Shown one piece after another: positions 61,331-64,000 of a stretch of 64,000 nt of DNA (position 1 is its first letter; each line of letters starts with the position of its first letter). The notes below the pieces were generated by a model, which saw nothing but the letters and a program-made list of their open reading frames with translations, did not search any database and was not told the DNA's origin. The stretch comes from Sphyrna mokarran (Eukaryota), in NCBI GenBank assembly GCA_024679065.1, contig JAGIQG010000004.1, positions 31,310,001 to 31,374,000 on the forward strand. Reading direction: 5' to 3'. The translations under genes and the position numbers were made by a program.

Positions 61331-63054
61331 CCAGAAGAAGTACTTACAAAAATGCGATAGCCAGTATACATATAACAAACTCTCACAGAACAGCAGTGTG
61401 AACATGACCAACATTAAAGCCCGAGACCCAAATCCACACGTATATTAGGAAGCCAGACTACACCCCAATAATTTTTCTTTTTTGGTGCAAATGTAAGGAG
61501 AGGATGCTTCACTCCAGGTGTAATTCTATTGACAAGTTAGGGATCTTTTCTCAAAAACTTTATAACAAATTTTAAGTATGACTAAATGAAGCAACATTTT
61601 ACAATTGAACAATTGTTAAAAGAATAAAAGGAAACAACTCTAATTTCTAACCTGCCACCATTTCACTTCCAAACAAACAATATTCCTCTTAGCCACAAAT
61701 GCCACTTTAAATACAGTTAGTAAACCCAAACATACTTGCTATAAATTGTGTTAAACTTGAAGTTTTCTGAGCTGCTTGCAGACTTCTATCTTTACACATC
61801 CCAGCCAGAAACTGAGCAGAAAATTGTTTCTCTCTCTGCTACATACTTCACTCCTCCCATTTAACCATATTTTCACATAAATCTGTTTATCTAAATTCAC
61901 ATTCCAATTCTTTAATCAAAACTCCAAGGGAAATCTCCATTAATAAACAAAAATCCATTAGCTCAGACCTAATTAAAAACTACCTGGTTAAAATGAATAA
62001 TTATCTTACTCCCAGCATCCCAACTGCATTCCTTCCAAACATACCAATTATTTGCAGAAAAAACTGAACTTTAAATTTTAACAGCCCCTTTAATCTAAAA
62101 TGTATCAATAGTACAATATCATCACCCCAGTTCATTTGTTTTCATGCTGTTAGTTGAGGAGTAACTATTGTCCTCATCATCATAGGCAAGATCCTCTGGC
62201 CTCCCCATAAGCATGTTTGATGGTGACAGGAGGCGGTGCACTAATTACTGATGTCGGGATCACCTAGCCTCACTGCTTTTAATAAGAATTCTCACTGAAG
62301 CCACTCAATACCAGCAGGAATCCATGACAGAGGGTGCAACACTGGCAGGGCCAGAGAATCTCACCAGTGTGAATGGCCAGAGAATTCCAGCCCACATATC
62401 ATTGTATTTATCCTTCCAGAAATAAAACAGGCAGGCTATCCCCACCCTTCTCTGTTGCCTTCCTACAGCAACTTGTTTACCTCTTCTATGCCAGAAATCC
62501 ATTCTATATAGTGATCATTTTTTGAAAGGAGATCTTCTCAACATCAGTTTTAAATATGCAAAAAGCAAAATACAGCAGGTGCTAAAAATCTGAAATAAAA
62601 GCAGAAAACTCTGTAAACCTTAGCAGGTCAGCAAGAGAAACTTAGTTATTCAGGTCAAGAATTTTTATTGAAACTGGACTTTAGAGATGGAAACTACTTT
62701 CAGCTTAGTCACCGACTGATTTTTATTGGCTGTGTATGATTTTGTAGAGGTGGTGCTTTCTACTGATGTTTAAAGTTGGTGATGATGAGAGATTTAGTTT
62801 TTGAAGATGCATTCACTGATTTTGACCACTCATGTGTACGAGCTCATTGAGTTTCTTGAGACATGACACCCATGTGCATAAGGTTATACACTGCTTGCAT
62901 TGACTATGATGGCTACATGTTCCTCCCACTACCTCTTTTCTTCACAGATTGTCTGTGGCATTTCTCCTCTTTTCTATCTCCTGCATTGTGGTCTCCAATG
63001 CTAAATCAGGTGGAGCATATTCTCTGCCCTATTCACTCTTTTTTTTTTTATTAA

Positions 63055-63745
63055 GCAACACAGCACGGGAAACAGGCCCTTCGGCCCAATGAGCCCGCGC
63101 CACCGTAATACCAAATACATTATCCTATTTTAATATTCCTATATAATAATATATATATTAATCCTAATTTGGAAAATTTTCACCATAGGGACAATTTGTT
63201 ACCCAATCAGCCTAAGAGCGAATTTTTGGGTTGTGGGAGGAAACCGGAGTGCCCGGAGAAAACCCACGCAACCACGGGGAGAACGCGCAAACTCCCGCAG
63301 ACACCGGCCCAATTCCAAGTGTCTGCACAGCCACATCGATAGTCTCTGAGCTGTCATGGTGCCCTTCAGATGGTCCACATAAAGCACTCATTTACGACAT
63401 GAGGTACCAGGCAACCCATGAATCAACATCCAAGAGCTGTACCCGCACCACCTGCCGAATGCATGCTCAATGTTGGTCAAGTATGGACCGAATTACCTGT
63501 GGAAAAAAGCCGTAGTTAAACAGTCCTAATATATCCCTCTATCTGCATACCGCTCATGTGGCTGTCCAAGAGACCCTTAAACAGCCCCAGCGTGCCTGCT
63601 CCCACCACCTTACTCGGCAGTGCATTCCACACCCCCACTACCCTTTGTGTGAAAAACTGCCCTCTAATATTCGTCCTATACATAGCCCCCCTCACCCTAT
63701 GGCCATGACCTCTCGTCCTATCCATTTCTAAAGGTGGAAAAAGTT
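63055..63745 (-). mobile_element. CR1-like LINE 3' end followed by a V-SINE-like core and tail (composite, copy 2)
   Basis: ORF RTRGHGHRVRG..FFTQRVVGVWNALPSKVV, then spacer and V core collinear with 2200-2920. Confidence 0.8.
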
Positions 63746-64000
63746 CTCTTCTTGCAGGTCAGACTCTTCTTTACATCTGCTACAGTCAATATGCACCTCT
63801 CTGTGCAGGCTGCATCTTTAAGTACAAGTCAGTTGAGATGCGCAGCATGTTTGGCTCTGGACTGTTATGATTTGAATCACAGGCAGGATTAAATTTGCAT
63901 TGCAACAAATTGATGTAGGGTCGTCCTGAAGTCTGTGTCCATCTATGAGCCTCATGCAATTTTCCCCCCAACTTGTCTGCAACTGATTTTCCAGTTTTAT

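Noticed and set aside
1-64000. CRISPR arrays, prokaryotic operons, rRNA, or V(D)J-type antigen receptor segments
   Set aside because: The DNA is intron-rich and eukaryotic with no repeat-spacer arrays. The V exon is complete through its last strand and ends in a splice donor rather than a recombination signal.

Overview
Vertebrate genomic DNA, almost certainly a cartilaginous fish (shark). The evidence is dense CR1-clade LINE fragments, HE1/V-SINE-type SINEs and PIF/Harbinger-type MITEs. Two spliced protein-coding genes lie on the minus strand. (1) POP4 (RNase P/MRP subunit p29), 7 coding exons, 60786->48306, 223 aa. (2) About 1.2 kb below the POP4 stop, a 13-exon model I assembled by hand from GT-AG sites and intron phases (47076->4443; 3942 nt; 1313 aa; no internal stop). 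It reads signal peptide - IgV - IgC1 - transmembrane helix - cytoplasmic Ig(C1-like) domain lacking its second Cys - CARD - NACHT - LRR exons. That is a type I, B7-family-like membrane receptor fused in frame to a complete NOD-like receptor. Eight exons (signal, TM and six LRR exons) are missing from the supplied ORF track. The joined transcript is inferred from splice signals and phase compatibility, not from RNA data. The rest of the window is intronic or intergenic repeat, with approximate boundaries.
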